The notes under the pieces: model-generated | What the model saw: the letters and a program-made list of their open reading frames with translations, nothing else | Database searches by the model: none | What the model was told of the DNA's origin: nothing | In this document: one piece after another, positions 9,041 through 18,588 of the stretch | Layout of the letters: each line of letters begins with the position of its first letter | Position numbering within the stretch: position 1 is the stretch's first letter | Origin: Patescibacteria group bacterium | Lineage (GTDB): Bacteria; Patescibacteriota; Saccharimonadia; CAILAD01; BJGX01 | Length of the DNA stretch: 64,000 bases | Reading direction: 5' to 3' | Assembly (NCBI GenBank): GCA_026397045.1 | Contig: JAPLVO010000008.1 | Coordinates: 20,850-84,849 of the forward strand | Made by a program: the position numbers and the translations under genes

Positions 9041-11317
9041 ATGCCAAAGAATTTAGTAATAGTCGAATCTCCTGCAAAGGCGAAAACCATAGAAAAATAT
9101 CTGGGTGGTGATTTTGAAGTACTTAGCAGTATGGGTCATATTCGAGACCTCCCGAAGAGTGGTATAGGAATTGATATTGAAAACAAATTCAAGCCTGACT
9201 ATGCTGTGACGGCTGACAAAACGAAGATCGTAAGTGCCCTTAAAAAGGCTGCAAAAGGCAAGGAAGTGTGGCTAGCAACTGACGAAGACCGAGAAGGGGA
9301 GGCTATAAGCTGGCATTTATGCAGTGTGTTGAAGCTGGATCCTGCTAAGACCAAGCGAATCACCTTCCACGAGATTACAAAGCCGGCTATCGAGGAATCT
9401 ATTAAGCACCCTAGAAATGTCGACCTTAATATTGTGGATGCTCAGCAAGCCCGAAGGATACTAGACAGGCTGGTAGGCTATGAGCTCAGCCCAGTGCTGT
9501 GGAAAAAGATTCAAACTGGCTTGAGTGCTGGTAGAGTCCAATCGGTGGCTGTCCGAATAATAGTAGATAAAGAAAGAGAAATTGAAAAGTTTGATTTGAA
9601 ATATGATTACAAGGTTACGGGAGTTTTTACCTTGCCAGATGGCAATTCACTGAAAGCTGAGCTATCGACTAGGCTGCCTGATTCTAAGAAGACTGAAAAA
9701 TTTCTACAAGAGCTAATAGGCAAATCATATAAAGTATCAGATGTTACGAAAAGGCCTTCGAAGAAGAGCCCAGCACCACCTTTTACAACCTCTACTTTGC
9801 AGCAAGCTGCCTCTAGCCGGCTAGGGTATTCTGTTAAGCAAACCATGGTACTAGCCCAAAAGCTATACGAGGCTGGACATATTAGCTACATGCGTACCGA
9901 CTCAGTCAACCTTTCTAAGACAGCTCTTGATCAAGCTGAGAAGCAAATTCGATCCGAATATGGGGACAAATTTTATAACAAAAGGATATATAAAACCAAG
10001 AGCTCTAGTGCACAAGAAGCTCATGAAGCCATAAGGCCGACAGATTTTACCCTCTCTAGTGCGGGGGCTGAGCCCAAACAAATAAAGCTCTATAATTTGA
10101 TATGGTCGAGAGCAATTTCATCACAAATGGCTGATGCCCAAATCGAGAAAACTCGAGTAACTATCGCAATTGACTCTATAAAAGAAGTGTTTTTGGCTAA
10201 AGGTGAGGTAGTGGTCTTTCCGGGTTTTCTTTCAGCTTACCTATCGCCCAGCCAAGCCGACCCAAATATTTTGCCTAAGCTAACTGCTAATGACATTGTT
10301 ACTCCAACTGAAATATTAGCTAACCAAACTTATTCCCGACCACCAGCCAGGTATTCTGAAGCCTCCTTGGTTAAAAAGCTCGAATCGGAGGGGATTGGGC
10401 GTCCAAGCACATACGCTCCGACAATTTCCACTATACAGGCCCGAGGCTATGTACAAAAATCAAATGATGACGGCAAGACAAGAAATATTGAAGTATTTAA
10501 ACTCGCAGCTGGCGAGCTCACAAAAAATACCCAAGAAGAAAAATATGACACTGATCGGACTCGACTTGTACCGACAGATACCGGTACTGTTGTCACCGAT
10601 TTTTTGGTTAAGTATTTCACAGAGATCCTAGATCCACAATTTACTGCTAAAGTCGAAAAGCAGTTTGACTTGATCGCAGAAGGCAAGGAAAAGTGGCAGA
10701 AAATGTTAGGTGAGTTTTATAAGCCATTCCATGAACTTATCACTTCCTCGGAAGATATTTCTAGAAAGGAAGCTAGCCAAAATAGAGTGCTAGGCGTGGA
10801 CCCAAAGAGTAAAAAACCCATTATCGCCAGGCTGGGAAGGTTTGGTGCCATGATTCAGATCGGCGAGGTAGAGGACGAGGAAAAGCCTAAATTCGCACCA
10901 ATGCCAGAAGGTCGTAAGATTGCTGATGTAACTCTAGAAGAGGCACTGAAGATGTTCGAGCTCCCGAGGACTGTTGGCGAATTACAAGATGGCACCCAAA
11001 TAGTTGCCACTACCGGCCGTTTTGGACCCTATTTGAAGGCTGGAGCTCTAAATGTTTCGCTAAAAGGCGAGGACCCTTTTACCGTTACCGAGAAAAAAGC
11101 ACTAGAGCTAGTAGCTGAATACCAGAAAATGCTTGATGAGCGCATCATATTAGATTTCCCAGAAGAATCGATCCAGGTACTTAATGGGCGATACGGGCCA
11201 TATATTACTAATGGTAAATCTAATGCCAAGATTCCTAAGGGTACTGAGCCCAAAACACTCAAGCTGAAGGATTGCCAACTTCTTCTGAGTGCTAAAAAGA
11301 CGAAATCTAAAAAATAA
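9041..11317 (+). CDS. topA: DNA topoisomerase I
   Basis: Toprim N-terminus (LVIVESPAKAKTIEKYLG) and topo IA core. 758 aa. Confidence 0.9.
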   Translation: MPKNLVIVESPAKAKTIEKYLGGDFEVLSSMGHIRDLPKSGIGIDIENKFKPDYAVTADKTKIVSALKKAAKGKEVWLATDEDREGEAISWHLCSVLKLDPAKTKRITFHEITKPAIEESIKHPRNVDLNIVDAQQARRILDRLVGYELSPVLWKKIQTGLSAGRVQSVAVRIIVDKEREIEKFDLKYDYKVTGVFTLPDGNSLKAELSTRLPDSKKTEKFLQELIGKSYKVSDVTKRPSKKSPAPPFTTSTLQQAASSRLGYSVKQTMVLAQKLYEAGHISYMRTDSVNLSKTALDQAEKQIRSEYGDKFYNKRIYKTKSSSAQEAHEAIRPTDFTLSSAGAEPKQIKLYNLIWSRAISSQMADAQIEKTRVTIAIDSIKEVFLAKGEVVVFPGFLSAYLSPSQADPNILPKLTANDIVTPTEILANQTYSRPPARYSEASLVKKLESEGIGRPSTYAPTISTIQARGYVQKSNDDGKTRNIEVFKLAAGELTKNTQEEKYDTDRTRLVPTDTGTVVTDFLVKYFTEILDPQFTAKVEKQFDLIAEGKEKWQKMLGEFYKPFHELITSSEDISRKEASQNRVLGVDPKSKKPIIARLGRFGAMIQIGEVEDEEKPKFAPMPEGRKIADVTLEEALKMFELPRTVGELQDGTQIVATTGRFGPYLKAGALNVSLKGEDPFTVTEKKALELVAEYQKMLDERIILDFPEESIQVLNGRYGPYITNGKSNAKIPKGTEPKTLKLKDCQLLLSAKKTKSKK

Positions 11318-11319
11318 AG

Positions 11320-11348
11320 TTGACCGTAACTAGTATAAATGATATAAT
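11320..11348 (+). promoter_or_regulatory. consensus sigma-70-type promoter (TTGACC-17 nt-TATAAT)
   Basis: TTGACC at 11320-11325, a 17-nt spacer, TATAAT at 11343-11348. Sits about 55 nt upstream of the 11403 start. Confidence 0.4.
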
Positions 11349-11402
11349 AATATTCATGTGAAGTGGCCTAGAACGGCTATTTTGTGAATTAGAATAAACT
11401 TT

Positions 11403-12419
11403 ATGACTAAATATACTTCTCAACAGCTTAATACCCTCGTAGACGATGCTCTAGGTAGCCTTAAAAAAGACCGTGATAAGGAAGTCCTTCGGAGGCGTGG
11501 GGGTATTAATGTCGAGGCTCAGACGCTCGAACAGATTGGCCGAGATCTTAATATTACTCGAGAAAGGGTTCGTCAGATAGAAAAGGCGGCCCTTATTAAG
11601 ATTAGGGAGCTAAATAACCATGATTATGATTTTTCCAGGTCTATCATGGAGATATTATCGCAAAAAGGTGGGCTTGTAAGCCTGATGAGTGTAAATACCG
11701 AACTTGGGCTTGACCACACAAGAGAGCCTCAAGCTATATTTCTTATCAGGACCAACCCTTCGATGCTGTTTATTGACCGTAACGACCACCACCTGCGCAT
11801 CGTAGGTGATTCTTCGGTATTCACTCAAGAAAAGATTAAAGATGCCCATGATGCCCTCGTAGAAGTAATCAGGCAAAATGGTAAGCCAGCCAAGTTTGCC
11901 AGTATTTACAAGCTGATAGATGGTCCACACAGCGAAGATAGCCTGGCTGAGCTAGCTAAAGCTTCGAACTATCTAGCCGAGCTGGATGGTAGCTGGGGCC
12001 TAACTAGCTGGCCAGAGGTAAACCCAAAAAGTATTCGAGACAAAATATACCTTGTACTAAAAAAGGTGGGGCGCCCGATGCATTTCTCCGATATTGCTGA
12101 AAAAATTTCTTATTTAGCTGCTAACCCTAAAAAGGTGACTACCCAGGCTGTACACAATGAACTTATTAAAGACAAAAGATTTGTGTTGATAGGTCGTGGC
12201 ATCTATGCATTAGCAGAATGGGGCTACCGATCGGGCACTGTTGCTGATATCATAGAGGAGATCCTTAAAGAAGAGGCTGGACCTCTCAATAAAGATGAAA
12301 TTGTAAAGCGAGTTCTTGCAAGGCGTCAAGTAAAGACGACTACTATAGTCCTAAATCTTCAAGAAAAGCCACAATTTAAGAGAGTAAAAAAGGGCGTCTA
12401 TACTCTTACTAGTAGCTAA
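11403..12419 (+). CDS. sigma-70 region 4 (HTH) + C-terminal HARE-HTH-like winged-helix protein
   Basis: N-terminus VLRRRGGINVEAQTLEQIGRDLNITRERVRQIEKAALIKIRE is a textbook sigma region 4. Regions 1-3 are absent. The C-terminus HFSDIAEKI...GRGIYALAEWGY resembles the HARE-HTH of RNA polymerase delta. Confidence 0.55.
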   Translation: MTKYTSQQLNTLVDDALGSLKKDRDKEVLRRRGGINVEAQTLEQIGRDLNITRERVRQIEKAALIKIRELNNHDYDFSRSIMEILSQKGGLVSLMSVNTELGLDHTREPQAIFLIRTNPSMLFIDRNDHHLRIVGDSSVFTQEKIKDAHDALVEVIRQNGKPAKFASIYKLIDGPHSEDSLAELAKASNYLAELDGSWGLTSWPEVNPKSIRDKIYLVLKKVGRPMHFSDIAEKISYLAANPKKVTTQAVHNELIKDKRFVLIGRGIYALAEWGYRSGTVADIIEEILKEEAGPLNKDEIVKRVLARRQVKTTTIVLNLQEKPQFKRVKKGVYTLTSS

Positions 12420-12471
12420 AAAAGCAAAATATTAAAGGCAAGCGTATCACAGGCCTCTTTAGTCAAAAAAT

Positions 12472-15144
12472 ATGGAAATAATAATCAACATAATTACAAC
12501 TCTAGCCCAAACCATAGGAATTATCCTTTTCCAGTTTTGGGGCTGGGTTTTTATTGCCGGCTGGTTGGCCTATCAAATTTACTCTAATAATAAAAAAATC
12601 GCCTACATCGATCGAATCGACCATACATTATTACAAATCATAGTGCCCAAAGACAACGAAAAGAGTGAATTATCTGCCGAGCAGCTGTTTGCGAGTCTGC
12701 ATGGAATATTAAAACCAATCAAAGAAGATTCAGCCATTCAAGAGCACATTAGCTTCGAGATAGTTAGCCACGATCACCTCATATATTTTTATGTATGGTG
12801 TCCTAGGCACCTAAAGGACTATGTAGAGAGTCAAATATATGCTCAATACCCATTAGTCCAGATAACCGAAATGGATAAAGATTATAGTAAAAAGGACTTA
12901 TTGGGTCGAACCGCCTTTACGACAGAGGTTGTACTGGTTAAAAATCAAATCTTCCCTATAAAAACATTCGCAACATTCGAGGTTGACCCTTTAGCAGGGC
13001 TAACTACTGTACTGTCGAGTCTTGGTGATAGCGAAGAAATTTGGATTCAAATGCTACTGGAACCAGTCGATGACAGCTGGCATAAGGCATCTTTAGCCTA
13101 TGTAGATGAAGTCAAGAATGGAAAGAAGTTAGGACTATCGGACGATTTACGCAACAAGTCCTTGAAGGCTCCCGGAAAACTAATCAGCAGCTTGGTCTCC
13201 GCTGCTTTTACGCCTGAAACATACCGTGAAAATTCATCGGCAAAGAGTAAAGGTGGTGATAAAAAAGAATTATCTCCAGGGCAGACCACACTTTTGGCGG
13301 CCGTTGAAGCAAAAGCAGAGAAGCTAGGCTATGGGGTTAAGATACGAGTATGCTATATTGGCCAAAATCCAGCGGCTGCAAAGCAACGCTTGCAGGCTCT
13401 GGTTGGTGGCTTTAAGCAATTCAATACAGTCAATTTGAATGGTTTTGGTGGAACCCAAATGGTTGAGGGGACGGATGGGCTAGAAGACTACCAATCGAGA
13501 AAATTCGAAGACGATGGCTACATACTAAATATCGAAGAGGCGGCTAGTATATTTCATTTGCCCCACACCAGCGTGGAGACCCCCAATATAGCCTACACCT
13601 CGACCAAAGTAGGGGAGCCGCCCGCGGGACTACCAACCCTAAATAACACTAAAGCCGAAGACCTAAGCCTGTTTGGCAGCACTACTTTTAGGCAGGGGAA
13701 TATAAAATTCGGAATTAAAAGAATAGACCGCGAGAGGCACCTCTATATTATTGGAAAGAGTGGAGTCGGAAAATCATTTATGCTTAACTTGCTGACTCTG
13801 AGTGATATATATCAAAATGAAGGCTTCGCGGTAGTGGACCCACATGGGGATTTTGCACAAGACATTATGAAGTTTATACCTGAGAATCGAATCAAAGATG
13901 TTATCTACATCAACCCAGATGATTCCAACTTCCCCGTAGCATTTAACCCCATGGAGTACACGGATGAAAATCGGCGAAATAATATAGCCTCCGAAATAGT
14001 TGGTGTACTAAAAAAGATGTTCGGAGATAGCTGGGGTCCTAGACTAGAGCATATTTTGAGGTTTACTCTATTGGCATTACTAGAGACACCCGACACAACA
14101 ATGCTAGGCATTACCCGAATGTTAACCGACAAAAACTACCGCAAAACGATTGTGGATAACATATCTGATCCTATCGTGAAAGCCTTCTGGGTTACAGAGT
14201 TCGCTAGCTGGAACGATAAATTTGCCTCAGAAGCTGTTCAGCCAGTCCTCAACAAAGTTGGGGCCTTCACTGCTGTGCCGATCGTTAGAAATATTATCGG
14301 CCAGCCTAAGAGCTCATTTTCATTCAGAGAAGCTATGGATAATGGCAAGATAATTATTGTCAATTTAAGTAGGGGCTTAATTGGTGAGGACAACGCCGCA
14401 ATATTAGGTTCACTAATTATTACCAAAATCCAACTCGATGCCATGAGTAGATCTGATATAAAAAATGTTGCTGATCGAAGGCCATTCTACCTATATGTAG
14501 ATGAGTTTCAGAATTTTGCGACCGAGTCTTTTGCCGTCATATTATCCGAAGCCCGAAAGTATGGCCTAAGATTGACAGTAGCTAATCAGTACATCTCGCA
14601 GATGCCTGATGAAGTTAGGGACGCGGTGTTTGGCAATGTTGGCTCAATGGTAACCTTCCGTGTTGGTGCTGATGACGCCGACTACCTATCAAAGTACTTT
14701 GAGCCGGTATTTGAGCCTAAAGACCTTGTAAACCTTGATAAGCGAGATATATATGTATCTATGAGCATTGGCGGACAAACCTCTAATGCGTTTAGTGCCA
14801 AGAGCCTAAATATGCCAACTCCACAATATGATCATACCCAAGCAATTATAGAAAACTCGCGAGAGAATTACTCTTTGAAGAGGGCAGATGTAGAGGCTCT
14901 AATCGCAAACTGGGTATCCCCGGAAAGTCCCAAGGGAAATGAATCTAATGGCAAACCACAGTTGACTGGAGGCAATAGTGCTAATCCCGTCGCTAACACA
15001 GCTTCTGCTAAGCCTGCTCAGATAAGGCCAGAAATAAGCGGCGTAGAGCCCAAAAAATATAGTGAGCTGATTAAAAGCAAGCCTAATACTAATCGCAAAA
15101 GATACAACAATAGCAACAAGTATAAGAGTAATAAGTCATATTAG
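12472..15144 (+). CDS. membrane-anchored VirD4/TraG/HerA-superfamily (AAA_10-like) P-loop ATPase; possible type IV coupling protein
   Basis: Two N-terminal TM helices. Walker A YIIGKSGVGKSF, then VVDPHGDF. Walker B FYLYVDEFQNF. ARKYGLRLTVANQYISQM and FGNVGSMVTFRVGADDADYLS motifs typical of T4CP/HerA. Basic low-complexity C-terminal tail. Confidence 0.55.
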   Translation: MEIIINIITTLAQTIGIILFQFWGWVFIAGWLAYQIYSNNKKIAYIDRIDHTLLQIIVPKDNEKSELSAEQLFASLHGILKPIKEDSAIQEHISFEIVSHDHLIYFYVWCPRHLKDYVESQIYAQYPLVQITEMDKDYSKKDLLGRTAFTTEVVLVKNQIFPIKTFATFEVDPLAGLTTVLSSLGDSEEIWIQMLLEPVDDSWHKASLAYVDEVKNGKKLGLSDDLRNKSLKAPGKLISSLVSAAFTPETYRENSSAKSKGGDKKELSPGQTTLLAAVEAKAEKLGYGVKIRVCYIGQNPAAAKQRLQALVGGFKQFNTVNLNGFGGTQMVEGTDGLEDYQSRKFEDDGYILNIEEAASIFHLPHTSVETPNIAYTSTKVGEPPAGLPTLNNTKAEDLSLFGSTTFRQGNIKFGIKRIDRERHLYIIGKSGVGKSFMLNLLTLSDIYQNEGFAVVDPHGDFAQDIMKFIPENRIKDVIYINPDDSNFPVAFNPMEYTDENRRNNIASEIVGVLKKMFGDSWGPRLEHILRFTLLALLETPDTTMLGITRMLTDKNYRKTIVDNISDPIVKAFWVTEFASWNDKFASEAVQPVLNKVGAFTAVPIVRNIIGQPKSSFSFREAMDNGKIIIVNLSRGLIGEDNAAILGSLIITKIQLDAMSRSDIKNVADRRPFYLYVDEFQNFATESFAVILSEARKYGLRLTVANQYISQMPDEVRDAVFGNVGSMVTFRVGADDADYLSKYFEPVFEPKDLVNLDKRDIYVSMSIGGQTSNAFSAKSLNMPTPQYDHTQAIIENSRENYSLKRADVEALIANWVSPESPKGNESNGKPQLTGGNSANPVANTASAKPAQIRPEISGVEPKKYSELIKSKPNTNRKRYNNSNKYKSNKSY

Positions 15145-15454
15145 AAAGTAGGCTCTTTTGCCTACGCAAAAGGTATAAAGAGCAGTACTGAGACACCTTA
15201 ATTAGGATATTTTATTGTGTCGCACAATATATCTTTTGCGACATGCGCAATATATTTACAGTAATTTAACGAATATTTTTTATATCCTGATATTATATCC
15301 ATTTGATAATTAGATATTTATTATCCACCATTCCCCTGTTTCCACTAATAGGGGCCGGGTGCCGTGAGACTGAGCATTCATGATGTATAGTTAATATAGC
15401 TAGTATTTAGCAATAAACAAAAACCGAACATAGGAGAGCGTTGAATAGTTACTA

Positions 15455-16282
15455 TTACTTGTAGAAGGCCCGGCCATCAACCCTTAAATCAATATATTCA
15501 GATGGTTTTTTATTCTCTGCGGCAAGTAAATCTAGTGTAGAGCTAAGCGATCTAATTTGCGATTCTGGTGATGCCAGAGAGTTAAATCTGATTTCGTACC
15601 CAGAGGTAGTTTGGACTCTGAGTTCTACAGTGGTATCTGATACGGACATCAGACTTGGCCCGAGATTACTCGACTTAATAAATTCGAAGACCTTATTGGT
15701 AAAGTCGACAAAATCCCTGCCGACAACTCTGTCTCCAGTTTTGGTAGGAATGTTACTATTATCATTTACAAGGGGTAGTTCGCCAAGCTGACCCGCCTGA
15801 AGCTCACTCATCACGCTACCATTGACCGACACTACATAACTCTTACTACCAGTTTTCCAGACCAACGAAGGTTTTTGTTCATCTGTCTTTATGCTAAGCC
15901 TGTTAGGAAAAGATTTCTGCACTATGATGGATTCTTGGCCCGTGAAAGTTTTCTGCAAGCTAGTCTTTAACTCTCCTCCATTCATAAAAAGCCAATTTCT
16001 TCCCAGTAGTCTAGATGACAAATACTTGTCTGTCTCTTCTTTTAGCCCCTGTGATAAAGATGTGTTCGGTCCTTGTACATCTACCCTACTTATCAGAAAT
16101 AGATTAGAGAAAAAAACTGCATAGGTAACCAATGTTAAAGCAATAATATAGGGAGAATAATGCCATAGTCTTCGCAGTATATCAGATAGCCTCATTGCTT
16201 CTTTGGGCTTGGCTGAGCCATCTGGATCATTACTTTTTAGAGGCATAAATTCATAAGCCCTTTTTACATCTCGACGCTTCAA
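15455..16282 (-). CDS. ftsQ: cell division protein FtsQ/DivIB (POTRA)
   Basis: Single TM helix followed by a POTRA-like ISRVDVQG region. Last gene of the dcw cluster, immediately after murG. Confidence 0.65.
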   Translation of the reverse strand: MKRRDVKRAYEFMPLKSNDPDGSAKPKEAMRLSDILRRLWHYSPYIIALTLVTYAVFFSNLFLISRVDVQGPNTSLSQGLKEETDKYLSSRLLGRNWLFMNGGELKTSLQKTFTGQESIIVQKSFPNRLSIKTDEQKPSLVWKTGSKSYVVSVNGSVMSELQAGQLGELPLVNDNSNIPTKTGDRVVGRDFVDFTNKVFEFIKSSNLGPSLMSVSDTTVELRVQTTSGYEIRFNSLASPESQIRSLSSTLDLLAAENKKPSEYIDLRVDGRAFYK

Positions 16283-17433
16283 GCTTTTGCTCCAGGTGAA
16301 CTATGTTTGCCAGTGTTTACAATTATGTTTGCCAAATCCTCGGCTGAATTGGGTATGAAAAATTTATGAATTGTATCAGAAATATAAGCTAATGATTTTT
16401 TATCACCAATCAGCCTAGAGATCTCGTTAATAAGGCCCAAGCCTTCCATATCCTTTTGCTGTAGTAGCCTCACTGCCCCATGTTTTGACAAATACTGGGC
16501 ATTTTTTAATTGATGATCGTTAGTAGATGTTGGCAGAGGGATTATAATTGCTGGCTTGGACATCGCCGATAACTCCGCAAGTGAATTCATCCCGGCCCTC
16601 GAGACGACTACATCTGCCCAACGATATGCTGCAGGCATATCTTTTGATAAAAACCCTTCTGGCTGGTAGGATTTTTTTAGTTCTGCTGGAAGTCTGTGTC
16701 TCATGTATCTAGCCTTCTCTTCTCCCTGCTCTCCAGCAATATGCATAATATTAAAATTCTTAGTAAAAAGTTCTAAATTATTAAAAATGTTTTCGTTGAT
16801 CTCTGCCGCTCCCTGGGAGCCTGCGAAAACTAGTATGTTCGGTTTTTGTCCGCTACTCTCTCTCGTGCGACCCGGCCCGAGTCGAGTAAACTCTGGCCTT
16901 ACCGGGTTACCGGTGAAAAACAGCTTACTACTAGCGATATCAGGGTACAAGGTGGTTGGGAAGCTAACTCCAACAGCTTTGGCGTGTTTAGATAGTATCC
17001 GATTTGTTTTACCCATAATAGAATCTGATTCGTGTATTACATATGGCACTTTTGCCCTGCCTGCCGCTAAGCCGACTGGCAAGCCAACATAACCACCTTT
17101 TATAAATACTACATCAGGCTTAAATTGCTTTATGATTTTTCGGCTAAGTGAATAAGCCTTTATCACCCTACTAATATCCTTTATGTTATGCAGCTGGGTC
17201 TTAAGATCAGCAATCTCCCTTGCTCCTCCCCTGCCATAACGGCGATACTTGCCACTAGGTATTACTTTGTAGCTAATATTTGCCTCTTTTAGAAGCCTGA
17301 GCTCATAATCCTTGCCGGAACATACGAACAAAATATCAGAATCAGGACTTAGCTTGCGAATCGATGCGATTACGGCTAGAACTGGCGATATGTGACCTGC
17401 GGTTCCGCCCCCTACTACTAGTATCTTCATCAT
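16279..17433 (-). CDS. murG: UDP-GlcNAc:lipid I N-acetylglucosaminyltransferase MurG
   Basis: MKILVVGGGTAGHISP N-terminus. AAGGAGG RBS 4 nt upstream of the ATG at 17433. Overlaps the ftsW 3' end by about 90 nt. Confidence 0.85.
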   Translation of the reverse strand: MMKILVVGGGTAGHISPVLAVIASIRKLSPDSDILFVCSGKDYELRLLKEANISYKVIPSGKYRRYGRGGAREIADLKTQLHNIKDISRVIKAYSLSRKIIKQFKPDVVFIKGGYVGLPVGLAAGRAKVPYVIHESDSIMGKTNRILSKHAKAVGVSFPTTLYPDIASSKLFFTGNPVRPEFTRLGPGRTRESSGQKPNILVFAGSQGAAEINENIFNNLELFTKNFNIMHIAGEQGEEKARYMRHRLPAELKKSYQPEGFLSKDMPAAYRWADVVVSRAGMNSLAELSAMSKPAIIIPLPTSTNDHQLKNAQYLSKHGAVRLLQQKDMEGLGLINEISRLIGDKKSLAYISDTIHKFFIPNSAEDLANIIVNTGKHSSPGAKA

Positions 17434-18577
17434 AGACCTCCTTATATGTATATTTAGAAATATTCTGCAAGATACCAATTCCTCCCAATAAAGCTACTAG
17501 GCTGGTTCCGCCATAGCTTACAAAGGGCAATGGTATGCCAGTCAACGGTATAATATTAAGCATAGCAGATATATTAATTATCGACTGAAAACCGATCCAG
17601 CAGCTTATACCTATGGCCAATAACCTACCAAAGTTATCTGGCGCCGACTTAGCTATTTTCACACCTCTCCAGACAAGAGCAGTGAAGACTACTATTATAC
17701 TACTAGTGCCAATCAAGCCAAACTCTTCGCCGATGATGGCAAAAATAGAGTCATTGGTGGCCTCTGGAAGGTAGCCGTATGCCTGAAGGCTTTTACCAAG
17801 GCCTCGGCCCAAAAAACCGCCACTGCCTAGGGCGATCAAGGCCTGGTTAATGTGATAGCCAGAACCTGCTGTATCATCGCTGGAGTTAAGAAATGTTGCC
17901 AACCTAGCTAACCTATATGGAGCGATTAAGATAAGTACCCCAGCACCACCGACTAGGCTTAATGCGGCAGCACTGAAATTCCATATAGGAACACCGGACA
18001 CCAAATACATAGATAGCATTGTCAAAATTATAACCATTGCACTGCCCATGTCTTTTTGTAAAAGAATTGCACTGGCTGCGACAAGTAGTATTAAGAACAT
18101 AAATGGCACCAGGCTTTCGAAGGGGCTCTTTAGTTTGTCTTTATTTTTGCTTAGCCAGGTTGCCATAAATATCACCGAGCCGACCTTCAAGAATTCTACT
18201 GGCTGGAAGTTGATAAAGCCTATTTTGACCCATCTAGTGGCACCACCGCTACTAACTGCAACCCCCGGAATAAGAACTAAGAACATCAGTGCGAAAGCTC
18301 CCCAAAATATCGGCGTGGCATATTTCTGCCAAAAATGGTAGTCGGTTTTAGCCGCTATGATCCAGGCGAATAATCCCACTACTAGCCCAGCCAGTTGCTT
18401 AAAGAAAAAAGAATTATTATCACTCTCGCCTGCAGTTTGCTTCAATATAGCAATCCACCCAGTAGAGAAAATCAAAATAAGACCAACGCCGACTAATATA
18501 CCTACTAATATGGTGAGTAAATAATCTGGTCGGTGCTTATAAAATATAGTTTTTTTTGTTTTATTTTTTGGTAGCAT
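17342..18577 (-). CDS. ftsW: SEDS-family peptidoglycan glycosyltransferase FtsW/RodA
   Basis: About 10 TM segments with the SEDS signature. Positioned between mraY and murG. Confidence 0.85.
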   Translation of the reverse strand: MLPKNKTKKTIFYKHRPDYLLTILVGILVGVGLILIFSTGWIAILKQTAGESDNNSFFFKQLAGLVVGLFAWIIAAKTDYHFWQKYATPIFWGAFALMFLVLIPGVAVSSGGATRWVKIGFINFQPVEFLKVGSVIFMATWLSKNKDKLKSPFESLVPFMFLILLVAASAILLQKDMGSAMVIILTMLSMYLVSGVPIWNFSAAALSLVGGAGVLILIAPYRLARLATFLNSSDDTAGSGYHINQALIALGSGGFLGRGLGKSLQAYGYLPEATNDSIFAIIGEEFGLIGTSSIIVVFTALVWRGVKIAKSAPDNFGRLLAIGISCWIGFQSIINISAMLNIIPLTGIPLPFVSYGGTSLVALLGGIGILQNISKYTYKEVYDEDTSSRGRNRRSHIASSSRNRIDSQAKS

Positions 18578-18588
18578 TCTTTAGTATC

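Noticed and set aside
15145-15454. Replication origin in the AT-rich convergent gap, suggested by a DnaA-box-like TTATCCACC at 15321-15329.
   Set aside because: There is a single imperfect box, no cluster, no dnaA/dnaN nearby, and the gap lies between convergent gene ends. Evidence is insufficient for oriC.
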